Below, one piece after another: positions 10,455 through 19,570 of a stretch of 53,819 nucleotides of DNA. The notes under the pieces are model-generated. The model made no database searches. It was not told the origin of the DNA and saw only the letters and a program-made list of their open reading frames with translations. This DNA is from an uncultured Lentisphaerales bacterium (lineage in GTDB: Bacteria; Verrucomicrobiota; Lentisphaeria; JABSQK01; UBA12247). The DNA is taken from the NCBI GenBank assembly GCA_943788985.1, contig CALSSJ010000001.1:1-53819 (forward strand), given 5' to 3'. Positions within the stretch are counted from its first letter, which is position 1. Each line of letters begins with the position of its first letter. The position numbers were made by a program, and so were the translations under genes.

Positions 10455-12257
10455 ATGCCAATGAAGCTCAAGATAGAGGGGCGACTCAAGAACGCCCAAC
10501 TTCAACTGCTGCGCGAAGGCAAGACGCAGTGTCTCGAGTGTCGGAACGAGTATCCGGTCGGAGGCGAGCCACTGCAGCAGCACGAGTGTCCGCAGTGTGG
10601 CGCAGAAAATCTGACTCCGTGTAACATCGGAAAATACTGGTTATTCGGCCTGATCGGCGGAGGCGGCATGGGAGCTGTCTACCAAGCCTATCACGAAGAC
10701 AAAGGGCACTTGATCTTCGCTCTTAAGCTGGCTCCCTATCACTCCGAGTTTCAGGACAAAATGGAAGAGGCGCTCCGCAGTGAATACCATGTCATGCAGG
10801 CGCTTGGGAATCATCCTTGCATCGCTTCGTCGCATGAGCTGTGCGAGTTCGGGGATAAAGTCTTCGTCGTGATGGACTACATCAGTGGGGAACGTCTGGA
10901 TGCCAGAATTCATCGCCTCAAGCAGTTAAGTGAAGTAGAGGTCGCGCTTCTCGCACTCCGCCTGATCAGTGCCGAGGTGCATATTTTCCGCAGCGGCTAC
11001 GTTTTCCGTGACATCAAGCCGGAAAACGTGATCCTGACTGCAAAGGGCGCCGTCCTCTATGACTTTGGAATCTGCATGGCGCGGCCCAAGGCGTTGGAGG
11101 ATCCGGGCGATCTGATTGAAGGTTCGCCGTTATACATGCCGCCCGAACGCCTGACTGGGGAAGGCGAGAGCATTCCGAGCGAGATCTACAGCATGGGCAT
11201 GTTGCTTTATTGCGCGCTTTCTGGGGAAACCCTGATTCAGGGAACCGTGAACGAGAACATCGCGGCCAAGCATGTCGAGGAATCCCGCGTTACCCACATT
11301 TTGAAGCATCGCCCAGAGATCCATGCACAATGGGAGCACATTCTTGATAGGATGATCGTTCGGCAGGTACAGAAGCGCTATTCCACGTTCACCGAGCTCG
11401 AGCGAGATGTCATGAGCATTTTGGGGGCACTGACCAAGCAGTTTGGCTTTGCCAGCCTGCTCACAGCCATCCCGGACATCCTGCTTCCCACGGGCACTGT
11501 GAGCAGCCAGTTCCAATCGCAGGAAATGCGGGCGATCGACGAAGGTGAGGTGATGGCTGCGGCTGACTCCGCACAAAGGCACCATGAGATTCTGGCGGAC
11601 CAAGGCAGCAAAGATCAGGCGAATGAGGCGGCGGACACAGACAAAGCGCCGCCAATCGACGCTATCGTCATCGAAGCGAACAGCTCCGAGGGGGAGGACG
11701 AGGCGGCCCGAGAGCCTGTTGAGGAGCCTGAAGAAGTGGTGACCAAGACAGATAAGTTTACCCGCAGGAAGGAAGGTGCTGCAAAGGAGGCCAAAACCGA
11801 GACTTCAGACGCAGCGACCACCGAGCCTGGGGCGGAAAGCAAGGACGTCGAAGAAAATAACGCCGCCAAAGAAAGCACTAGGGCTAAAAATTCTGCAGAC
11901 GAATCTGCAAGTGACGCGATAGGCGCAGAGGTCAACACCAGCAAAGAAGAACCAGGTGAGGGGAAGGAAGGCGAAGAGAAGGGCAAAGGCAGTGAGAGTG
12001 CTGCCACGGACGGAAAGGGTGACCATACGCCTCGCAGAGCACCACGGAAAGCTCCCCAAAAAGCGCCTAGTCCCCCGAAACCAGCGCCCGTAGAACACGA
12101 TGGCAAAGCTGAAGTAGAGCCAGAAGAAGCGACTCGCGCGCCTGAAGTTGCGGACAGGGAACCCTCTGCGTTGCCAGTCAAGACTGCCCCCATTCGCAGG
12201 AAGAAACAGCAGGGCAAAAAACCTGAAGAAGCGCTACGAGGGAAGCACGGTGGATGA
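10455..12257 (+). CDS. Ser/Thr protein kinase with N-terminal Zn-ribbon and a long acidic/low-complexity C-tail
   Basis: CLEC...CPQC, GGGGMGAVY, ALK, FRDIKPEN, DFG, GSPLYMPPE; last ~240 aa rich in E/K/A/P. Confidence 0.85.
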   Translation: MPMKLKIEGRLKNAQLQLLREGKTQCLECRNEYPVGGEPLQQHECPQCGAENLTPCNIGKYWLFGLIGGGGMGAVYQAYHEDKGHLIFALKLAPYHSEFQDKMEEALRSEYHVMQALGNHPCIASSHELCEFGDKVFVVMDYISGERLDARIHRLKQLSEVEVALLALRLISAEVHIFRSGYVFRDIKPENVILTAKGAVLYDFGICMARPKALEDPGDLIEGSPLYMPPERLTGEGESIPSEIYSMGMLLYCALSGETLIQGTVNENIAAKHVEESRVTHILKHRPEIHAQWEHILDRMIVRQVQKRYSTFTELERDVMSILGALTKQFGFASLLTAIPDILLPTGTVSSQFQSQEMRAIDEGEVMAAADSAQRHHEILADQGSKDQANEAADTDKAPPIDAIVIEANSSEGEDEAAREPVEEPEEVVTKTDKFTRRKEGAAKEAKTETSDAATTEPGAESKDVEENNAAKESTRAKNSADESASDAIGAEVNTSKEEPGEGKEGEEKGKGSESAATDGKGDHTPRRAPRKAPQKAPSPPKPAPVEHDGKAEVEPEEATRAPEVADREPSALPVKTAPIRRKKQQGKKPEEALRGKHGG

Positions 12258-13068
12258 TCTAACGCAACTAGCTGGTCAAGACACCGACCCCCTAACAAAA
12301 GGCAGCTACAAATTTCGTTGCGTCTACTGTTCGCAACGGCTGCGTGCCTTCGCAGATCTCGCTGGCGAAGAAATCGAGTGCCCGCGTTGTATGGAAATGC
12401 TGCGCGTCATGAGTCGCAGCGAAGCAGCAAAAATCTGGGATTTCTCTGACGAGATAGAGCGTTTGTTTTCGGTCGAAGAATTGATGCGATTGAGGCACGA
12501 AGATAAATCGGTGTTTGTCTACACAGATGGGGCCACCACCAAGAACTGTTGGGAGTTTGGCTTGGCCGGAAAGCTAATCCGTACCCGGCTCGCACCCTTC
12601 AAGGATTTGCTGCATGACACCAGCGTTGCCCAGAAATCCGGTCCACCGAGTGTGGGTGATGATCGTGCGCACACTCAGGCGATTGATGCCAGGGTCGAGG
12701 AGTTCTCCGTGATCGTCAGCTCCCTGCATACACTTGCTGTGGACCGGCTGCCTGAGACGCTGTTCGCCGATACCTTGGCAGAAGTGATGGGGCTCGTTCA
12801 TCTAGTGGCCGATGCCGTGATTCGCCTGCTCGCCTTTCATCAGAGCCTTACTCATCTCGAGCTACCCGAGAGCGGTCCTTATCCTAAGATTGCGCAGACG
12901 ATGGCCACATGGTCCGGGCATTGTTGGGATGAGCTGTACGCTACGGCCGAACAGTTGGAGGTCATTCACGAAGGGGGCCTGACCATCAGGAGCCCATTGG
13001 CGCAGCTGAGCGTGACACCACCGAACTTCTATGAATTTATGATGCTACGAGGTCGCCTCAGGGCCTAG
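12250..13068 (+). CDS. hypothetical protein with N-terminal Zn-ribbon
   Basis: GTG at 12250 overlaps the kinase stop; YKFRCVYCSQRL...IECPRC. Confidence 0.7.
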   Translation: MDDLTQLAGQDTDPLTKGSYKFRCVYCSQRLRAFADLAGEEIECPRCMEMLRVMSRSEAAKIWDFSDEIERLFSVEELMRLRHEDKSVFVYTDGATTKNCWEFGLAGKLIRTRLAPFKDLLHDTSVAQKSGPPSVGDDRAHTQAIDARVEEFSVIVSSLHTLAVDRLPETLFADTLAEVMGLVHLVADAVIRLLAFHQSLTHLELPESGPYPKIAQTMATWSGHCWDELYATAEQLEVIHEGGLTIRSPLAQLSVTPPNFYEFMMLRGRLRA

Positions 13069-13071
13069 GGC

Positions 13072-13695
13072 ATGCGTTGGTTCGTAGCCTTTGCCCTCGT
13101 TTCGCTGCTCTTATTACTCGGCTTGTTCGCGCTTGCTGAGTTGCTGCAGATTCCCGTTCTCACACCCGGAAACTTTGTGCTCCCGACCGAGCCTGTACCA
13201 GTGGCTTGCGCCATCGTCGGCTTGCTCGTGCTAGACGTGGTTTTACCCGTGCCATCGGGGCTGGTCATGCTAGCCGCTGGCCATCAGTTCGGAGTGCTGG
13301 TGGGCACTTCTCTGGTTTGCTTGGGTGCCTTACTTGGTGCGGTCTTTGCCTGGGAGCTTGGGCGGCTTGGGGGGCGTAGGCTGGAGAAGGTCGTGACAGT
13401 TCAGGAGCGAAAAAAAATCACTAGAGCGCTCAATCGTTGGGGAATGCTGTTCATTGTGGTGACGCGTCCCGTTCCGTTGGTGGCGGAAGTCGTCTTACTC
13501 GTCGCGGGAGCGGCGGCCATGTCCAGGCTTCGCGTATATACGGCCACGGTCGTGGGAAGCGTAATTCCTGCGGTCATATTCACCTATTCCGGGCACCTTG
13601 CTCTGGACCAAGATCAGGCCCTCTGGGTATTGTTCGGGACAATTTCAATCGCCGTGATGTTTTGGCTGATCGGGCGCAAATGGATGCGTGCCTGA
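13072..13695 (+). CDS. DedA/VTT (TVP38/TMEM64, SNARE-associated) membrane protein
   Basis: hydrophobic protein with DVVLPVPS, G.QFG...G, GRLGG and TRPVPLVAE motifs. Confidence 0.8.
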   Translation: MRWFVAFALVSLLLLLGLFALAELLQIPVLTPGNFVLPTEPVPVACAIVGLLVLDVVLPVPSGLVMLAAGHQFGVLVGTSLVCLGALLGAVFAWELGRLGGRRLEKVVTVQERKKITRALNRWGMLFIVVTRPVPLVAEVVLLVAGAAAMSRLRVYTATVVGSVIPAVIFTYSGHLALDQDQALWVLFGTISIAVMFWLIGRKWMRA

Positions 13696-14079
13696 TCCGG
13701 GCGGAAAGTCGCGCCGGCGATTGCCGGTGATGGGCCCTGCCTCACCTGCCAGGGATTCGTCGGAAGTGTGCATTGGTCGGTAGTCAGCCACGGAAGTAGC
13801 GTTCTTACGAGGCACTCGAAGAATACCTCGTGAACTCGGTCCGGCCGCGCAATAGGCTCCCGCGCTTTACCCCGTAGGCCCAAAGGGGGGCAGTGGCGGC
13901 TATTTCGTCTGCACGGGCTCCATTTCTGGCTTGCCGTTCGGGCCTACTGGAAATAGCGGATTGATAATGCCAACTCAACGGCATCTAGCCCATGTCCAAG
14001 ACTGGTTTTTACTGCATCATTCTGCTTGCGCGGTTGCAGGCCTGGCAGCTGACCGGCTCTTTACTCTTTTGGGTTGTGC

Positions 14080-14560
14080 CGCCTCTGTCAATGCCGCGAA
14101 CGCGTTCGACGAAGTGGTAGCTGCGCAGTTTGAGGAGCGGGGCATTCTGCGGCCCAATCTTTGCGGTGACGCCGTCTTCCTGCGCTGGGGCTAGCTCGAC
14201 CTCACCGGCAGACTGCCCACCGGAGCTGCGACCAACGGCTTTCTCCGCAGCCGCAAGGCCGACAAACGAAAAGCCGTTGTGGACCGCTTCTTGGCCACTG
14301 AGTCCTGAGCCGACTACTGAGCCATGCGCTGGAGCGACCTGTTGCGGGTCGAGGCCGAGTTCCTCATCAACGCCTGGCCCAACGCGGCCCGTTGGATCCA
14401 CGACTGCGTCAAACAGAACAAAACCTACGGCTAGTTCGTGCGTGACTAACTTACCGCCAGTGGCAGCAATTTCCGTGTGCTGCCGGTGAACTTCTAGCGC
14501 GCTCGCGAACCAGACGATGCCCATGTAGACGACTTGGCGGCAAATCCGATCGTCCATTTA
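14080..14560 (+). pseudogene. decayed DUF1549 (planctomycete PSCyt-type) gene fragment
   Basis: one frame reads CGDAVFLRWG*LDLTGRLPT...KRKAVVDRFL..ES*ADY*AMRWSDLLRVEAEFLINAWPN...NKTYG*FVRD*LTASGSNFRVLPVNF*RA, with six in-frame stops. Confidence 0.75.
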
Positions 14561-15045
14561 TTGGTTGTCAGCTATCCGTTTGTCGACGGCCATGTGCAAG
14601 CGTCGCAGTATCTAGGTAGTTAGACCATACGGTGAACTACATCGTGCATCTCAGACGATACCCCATAGACGCTAACTTGTGGCATAGAGTGCTATCGCAA
14701 GAGCAAAGCGAGGCTGATAGGGCGAAAAGTCAGGGGAAGCGCGGAAGCAGTACATCAGCAAACAGGCGATCGTGGGTGTCGAGAATTGCCAAGGGGGCTT
14801 CGGCAGCAACGGAGCTCGCCAGTCGGGCGGCCCTGAGCGTCGAAACCGAGAAGTAGGCCCAATTGACAGCAGTCAGCCAGGTGATTACGCGGGGGCATTC
14901 GGGCTACACGCTTCTACTCGATTGGCTCGGTCTGCGCTCAGAGATATACCTAACGACATCCGGGCTGGCGTTCGAGGCAATTTGCCACGATGAACCTGCT
15001 GGCTCTGGGCAGACAGGCCTTGAACTGAAATAAAGGAAATGAGCG

Positions 15046-16818
15046 ATGAGAAATCGGGCAATAATTGGTGTTGGATATTGGTTGTTACTTGCGGGGCTGG
15101 CCTGCGGCGGCGAACGGGTCGCGTTGTGGACTGAAGGAAGAATTCCGGATTTCCAGCCTCAGCAGATCGCGGCAACCACCCAAGAGGTGAAAGTGCCGGG
15201 CTTCAAGGCTGCGGAACACGTAATGCCGCATCTTGACTGGTATGAGCCGCCAGCGGAGAAAAATGGCGGGTGCATGTTGCTCATTTCCGGCGGTGGCTAC
15301 AACAACTGCTGCGATGGGCGCTGGATTGACCGGGTCGCGAAGAGGTTCACCGAGCTCGGGTTCGTTTGCGCGAGCTTGACCTACCGGACACCGCGTCCTA
15401 AAGGTTTGCCCATCTACCAAAGCGCGTGGGAGGACGGGCAGCGTGCCGTCCGACTCGTCCGCAATGATGCGAAGCAGCGTGGCTTTGAGCCGGAGAAGAT
15501 CGGCGTGTTCGGATTTTCCGCGGGAGCGCACCTGACGGTTCTGCTTGCGTCGAGCGCGCTCACACCGGCGTACGAGCCAGTTGACGAACTCGATCAATTG
15601 CCGTGCCATGTCAACTGGGCAGTACCGATCTATACCGCTTACGCGCTCACCGACGGGCTCACCGGTCCCAATACGCGCGATGGCGATGCGGTCGACGTCA
15701 AGCTCTCGAACGTCTTCAAGTTCGATGCGAAGACCTGCCCGATGGCCCTCTTCCACGGCGGCACTGATGTCTATTCGCCGAATGGGTCAACGCAGATCTA
15801 TCGCCAGCTCCGCCAGATGAAAATCCCGGCCGAGATCCATCTTTTTGCGGATCGCGGCCATGGTTTTATGGGCAACCCAGATAAGGGCGAAGACGGGACT
15901 GCCTATGATAACTGGCTTGACCGTATCTCTGAGTTTACCCGCCAGATGAATTTTGATGGGCGGCTCGGCGCGGAAGTCGACTTACTCTCCCGGTATCCGA
16001 ACGACGATGCGCGCGGTGCACACAGCAAAGAACCGGTCTGGCCGGAAGGTAGGATGCCGGATGTGCAGCCGAACCAGTGCCAGCCTTATCTTGAGTGGCA
16101 CATGCCAAAGGAGCGCAAAACGAAGGCGATCCAGATCATCTATTCGGGCGGCGGCTATGGGGGCAACAACCCAGACGGATTTGAAGTGGCGCCAGCAAGA
16201 CGGTATCTGAACGAGAAAGGCATGACGGTTGTGACGATGAAATACCGCACGCCGCGGCCGCGGGGCGGTCTGGCCAAGCACACTACGGCGTGGCAGGACC
16301 TGCAGCGCGCCACCCGCATCGTGCGCAGCAAGGCTGCGGCGAAAGGGCTCGATCCCGACCGTATCGGCATCATGGGCTCCTCGGCTGGCGGACACCTCAC
16401 ACTCATGGGCGCGACCAGTTCGAAACGCCGTTCCTATCGGCCGATTGACGACCTTGACAAGCGTCCCTGTAACGTGCAGTGGGCGATCGCGATCTATCCG
16501 GCGTACGCGCTCACCGACGGCGCGAATGGCCAGAATGCGAAGGGCGGTAACGAGGATGAAGCGAGGCTCGTCCCCGAGTTTTCCTTCGATCTTGCAACCT
16601 GCCCCATGCTGTTTATTCACGGCGATGCGGACGGGTATGCGGCAATGAATTCGGTGAAGTGCTGGGAACAGCTTCGCCGGATGGGAATCCAGTCCGATCT
16701 CCACACGCTTGTCAAACGCGGTCACTGCTTCCAAAGGAAGGCCGCCCCAGGCACGGGCAGCTACACCTGGATGGATCGTATTTGGGAATTCATGAACCAC
16801 AAGGGGTTTAATAGGTGA
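15046..16818 (+). CDS. secreted tandem alpha/beta-hydrolase (two BD-FAE/acetylxylan-esterase-like domains)
   Basis: two homologous halves: SGGGY / YRTPRP / GFSAGAHL / FHG / GHGF and SGGGY / YRTPRP / GSSAGGHL / IHG / GHCF; N-terminal hydrophobic stretch ending LAGLAC. Confidence 0.85.
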   Translation: MRNRAIIGVGYWLLLAGLACGGERVALWTEGRIPDFQPQQIAATTQEVKVPGFKAAEHVMPHLDWYEPPAEKNGGCMLLISGGGYNNCCDGRWIDRVAKRFTELGFVCASLTYRTPRPKGLPIYQSAWEDGQRAVRLVRNDAKQRGFEPEKIGVFGFSAGAHLTVLLASSALTPAYEPVDELDQLPCHVNWAVPIYTAYALTDGLTGPNTRDGDAVDVKLSNVFKFDAKTCPMALFHGGTDVYSPNGSTQIYRQLRQMKIPAEIHLFADRGHGFMGNPDKGEDGTAYDNWLDRISEFTRQMNFDGRLGAEVDLLSRYPNDDARGAHSKEPVWPEGRMPDVQPNQCQPYLEWHMPKERKTKAIQIIYSGGGYGGNNPDGFEVAPARRYLNEKGMTVVTMKYRTPRPRGGLAKHTTAWQDLQRATRIVRSKAAAKGLDPDRIGIMGSSAGGHLTLMGATSSKRRSYRPIDDLDKRPCNVQWAIAIYPAYALTDGANGQNAKGGNEDEARLVPEFSFDLATCPMLFIHGDADGYAAMNSVKCWEQLRRMGIQSDLHTLVKRGHCFQRKAAPGTGSYTWMDRIWEFMNHKGFNR

Positions 16819-16829
16819 GCCCGGGAAGG

Positions 16830-16965
16830 TAGAACGAGAAGAGCGCAGAGATGACTGATGCTCAGTCCGAATTTCTCAGCCATCCGGGCGGTCGTCCATG
16901 GTGCTTCCTTTGACCTATGTACCCCTTTCCGCAGCGCTTTCAGCCGAGGCGGTCTTGGGGAATGG
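16830..16965 (-). pseudogene. remnant of an AraC-type helix-turn-helix
   Basis: RLKALRKGVHRSKEAPWTTARMAEKFGLSISHLCAL resembles the first AraC HTH (pWTv..mA...gLS.shL); no start codon or second HTH. Confidence 0.4.
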
Positions 16966-16988
16966 AGGCGCAGTAGGCGGGCTGGTCG

Positions 16989-17016
16989 TTGAATGTGGGC
17001 CGACCTCCCATATACT
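16989..17016 (+). promoter_or_regulatory. putative sigma70 promoter for the methyltransferase (near-leaderless transcript)
   Basis: TTGAAT-N16-TATACT, ending 8 nt before ATG 17025. Confidence 0.4.
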
Positions 17017-17024
17017 GTGCGTCT

Positions 17025-17630
17025 ATGAGTGATCGGATTCTTGGCAATAACGATGCGGCTTCCTGGGAAGCGATTTATCAGGCGGACGATGCTGGTTGGG
17101 ACATTGGGGCAGCAGCACCCCCGTTCTGCGACTTGCTCGTGGCAGCGCCGGCGTGGCTGCGTCCCGGCCGAATGCTGGTTCCGGGGTGTGGTGCCGGGCA
17201 CGATGCCGCAGCGTTCGCGGCAGCCGGCTTTGCCGTGACAGCGATGGACTTCGCCCCAACGGCCGTGCGCTTGACCAGAGAGAAGGGCATTCACGTCGTT
17301 GAGAGCAATTTTCTACAGCCACCAGCGGCGCTCACTGGAGCATTCGACTACGTGCTGGAGCATACCTGTTTCTGTGCGATTCCGGTGTGTGATCGCCCAC
17401 GGTATGTCGCCGCTGCCCGCCGCGTGTTGAAGCCTGGCGGCCTACTGATTGGACTTTTCTATCGCTTCGATCCAGCGGATGTGAATGGCCCGCCATTTGC
17501 GCTGTCCGAGGAAGACCTGCGCACGGCCTTTGAGCCGGAGTTCGAAATCCTGGAGCTGCAAAGCCCTGCTCGATCACATGGCAAGCGCCAAGGTCGTGAG
17601 CGCTTTCTGCGTATGCGCGTGACAACGTAG
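17025..17630 (+). CDS. class I SAM methyltransferase, TPMT / thiol- and halide-methyltransferase family
   Basis: WEAIY...GWDIG..AP, LVPGCGAGHD, FDYVLEHTCFCAI, LKPGGLLIGLF, GPPF. Confidence 0.85.
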   Translation: MSDRILGNNDAASWEAIYQADDAGWDIGAAAPPFCDLLVAAPAWLRPGRMLVPGCGAGHDAAAFAAAGFAVTAMDFAPTAVRLTREKGIHVVESNFLQPPAALTGAFDYVLEHTCFCAIPVCDRPRYVAAARRVLKPGGLLIGLFYRFDPADVNGPPFALSEEDLRTAFEPEFEILELQSPARSHGKRQGRERFLRMRVTT

Positions 17631-17769
17631 CGCAAGGCGGCTGATACCGCGCTTAGGGCGTCCATATCCAGCTGGTTAGTAGTGAGCCTGACACAGACCG
17701 GGGCCATCAGCGTGACCTCGCGATAGCCACACGCTGTCATATGTGTATTCTAACGACACGATTGGTCGG

Positions 17770-17828
17770 TTCATGGTCGACCATGAAGACAGCCTGATCT
17801 TCCTCTCTCATCTCATCTCATCTCATCT
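17770..17828. repeat. perfect 18-bp palindrome plus (TCTCA)4 microsatellite between convergent genes
   Basis: TTCATGGTCGACCATGAA at 17770-17787; TCTCA x4 plus TCT at 17806-17828. Confidence 0.8.
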
Positions 17829-17837
17829 TTCCGGTGA

Positions 17838-19235
17838 TTACTCAATTCCGGCTGGCCCCGCAGGTATGCACCCATTGACATCGCTGATCCAGACCTTAAG
17901 CTGGCCCTGAAGCTCCGCCTTCTGTTGCGGGCACGCTGCGACTAGGTTGGTGGGCTCCGACTCGTCTTCCTTCAGATTGTAGCTTTCGTCCGTGCTGTCA
18001 TCAAAAAAGAGAATGTACTTGAATGCCTCGCGGCGATTGGCCGCAGACGAGCGACCGCCAAGGCCGTGGGGCTGATCAAGCGGGTAATGCCAGGCCATTG
18101 GCCGTCGAGACAGCAAGTCGGCACCACCTTCTGCCTGTAGCAGCGAGACGATGGATGCGCCATCACTGATCTGCGCCTCTGGAATCTCATAGCCGCTAAA
18201 GTCCACAAATGTGGGATAGAAATCGAGATTGGTGGTGGGCTGGTCGCTGACGCTTCCCGGGGCAATCACGGCTGGATACTCAATGACCAGTGATACGCGC
18301 AAGCCACCCTCGTAGGTTGTCGACTTCCCGTTGCGCAGATGGGCATTGACGGTCACACCTACCTTTCCGCCATTATCGCTGGTGAACACGATCAGCGTAT
18401 CCTCTCCCAGGTCCAACTCGCGGAGTATGGCACGAATGTCGCCGACGCCATTGCCGACCGATTTCAGTATGGCTGCGAGCACTGGGTTGTTCTCCGGCAG
18501 GCGAGAGCGCTCCTCGTATGGTAGATTCGTATACCCACCTTGTTCGCTGAAATAGTCGACGTCTGCTTTCTTGCCGACCAGTTCGGTGTGGACCGCATAG
18601 TGACTTAGATGGAGACAAAACGGCTTATCTTTGTGCCGTTTGATAAACTCCACCGCCCCGTAGTTCATGCGATCGACCAGATACTCGTTCTGTCTGAGAA
18701 CCGGTTCAATGGCAGCGTCTACGTGAACATGGGGATGGAAATAGGATCCACCGGCAATGCCGACCTGTTCCGAAATCAGGACTTCATCGAACCCGTACTT
18801 TTCCGGCCCATGCTTGACGCCATTCTCATCGTATCCGGAGAGATGCCACTTGCCGATCATGCCGGTCGCATAGCCTTGCTGCTTGAACGTCTGCGGGAGT
18901 GTTACCAGATCCGTAGACAGGTGACAGTCCGTGTCTTCGGGGAGTTCATTGTTCGCAATTCCCCATTCTTTTAGGGAATGAACCATTCGGAATGCGGGCG
19001 CAGGAAGTCGGTAATTCCGTTGCGGGGCCTGTTCGGTCAACAGACCCGCACGGGAGGGACTGCAGACAGTCGCGCTGGCATAGGCTGTGGTGAAGCGCAT
19101 CCCAGACTGCGCCATCGCATCAATGTGGGGCGTCTCATTGAATGTGTTTCCGTAGCACCCCGGTTCCCCCCAGCCCAGGTCATAGACCAAGATAAATACA
19201 ACGTTCGGTTGCTTCTTTAAGACCGATTCCGTCGT
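17838..19235 (-). pseudogene. arylsulfatase (S1) gene, 5'-truncated and degenerate
   Basis: KKQPNVVFILVYDLGW (DDLG changed to YDLG), CSPSRAGLLT, GKWHL, SDNGG, GK..YEGG.RVS; a pair of compensating frameshifts near 18970-19025 hides NGITDFLRPHSEWFIP; no signal peptide or clear start. Confidence 0.75.
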
Positions 19236-19243
19236 TAGGCGTT

Positions 19244-19301
19244 GTAGGAGGGGGCTCCGCGCCCGTCACAATATTAGAATCTGGCGCGGAGGCCCTCCTC
19301 A
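19244..19301. repeat. GTAG-type REP inverted pair
   Basis: GTAGGAGGGGGCTCCGCGCC (19244-19263) ... GGCGCGGAGGCCCTCCTCA (19283-19301). Confidence 0.65.
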
Positions 19302-19570
19302 TTTTACAACGGCACTGATTGCGTAGAGGGTGTTTGTAGGTTTATCGTGCTTCACAGAATTGATCAACGCCAAGCTTGCGCGGCGGCTGAGACCAGCGAA
19401 GGCAAGTGCCGAAACCAGAAATTCTAGTCGTACAGAGCACCACCGGAGGAAAGACCTAGTACGGGAGGGAGAGAGGAGACCGCAGGGCACGGGGGAAAAG
19501 ACGCAGGGCCGCTAAACACGCTACAATGGATAGAGAGGTCAGTTCACGTATCTATTTGGGGTTTTGGCAG

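Noticed and set aside
14190..14500. Stop-codon recoding or readthrough in the DUF1549-like frame
   Set aside because: All three stop types (TAG, TGA, TAA) occur, conserved residues are also mutated, and intact genes in the window end normally at all three stops.
14632..14993. Short ORFs upstream of the tandem esterase
   Set aside because: They have no recognisable motif or ribosome-binding site and are probably non-coding or unrecognisably decayed.
17630..17740. Possible LacI-sensor C-terminal remnant on the minus strand (LTTNQLDMDAL)
   Set aside because: It is too short and degenerate to support.
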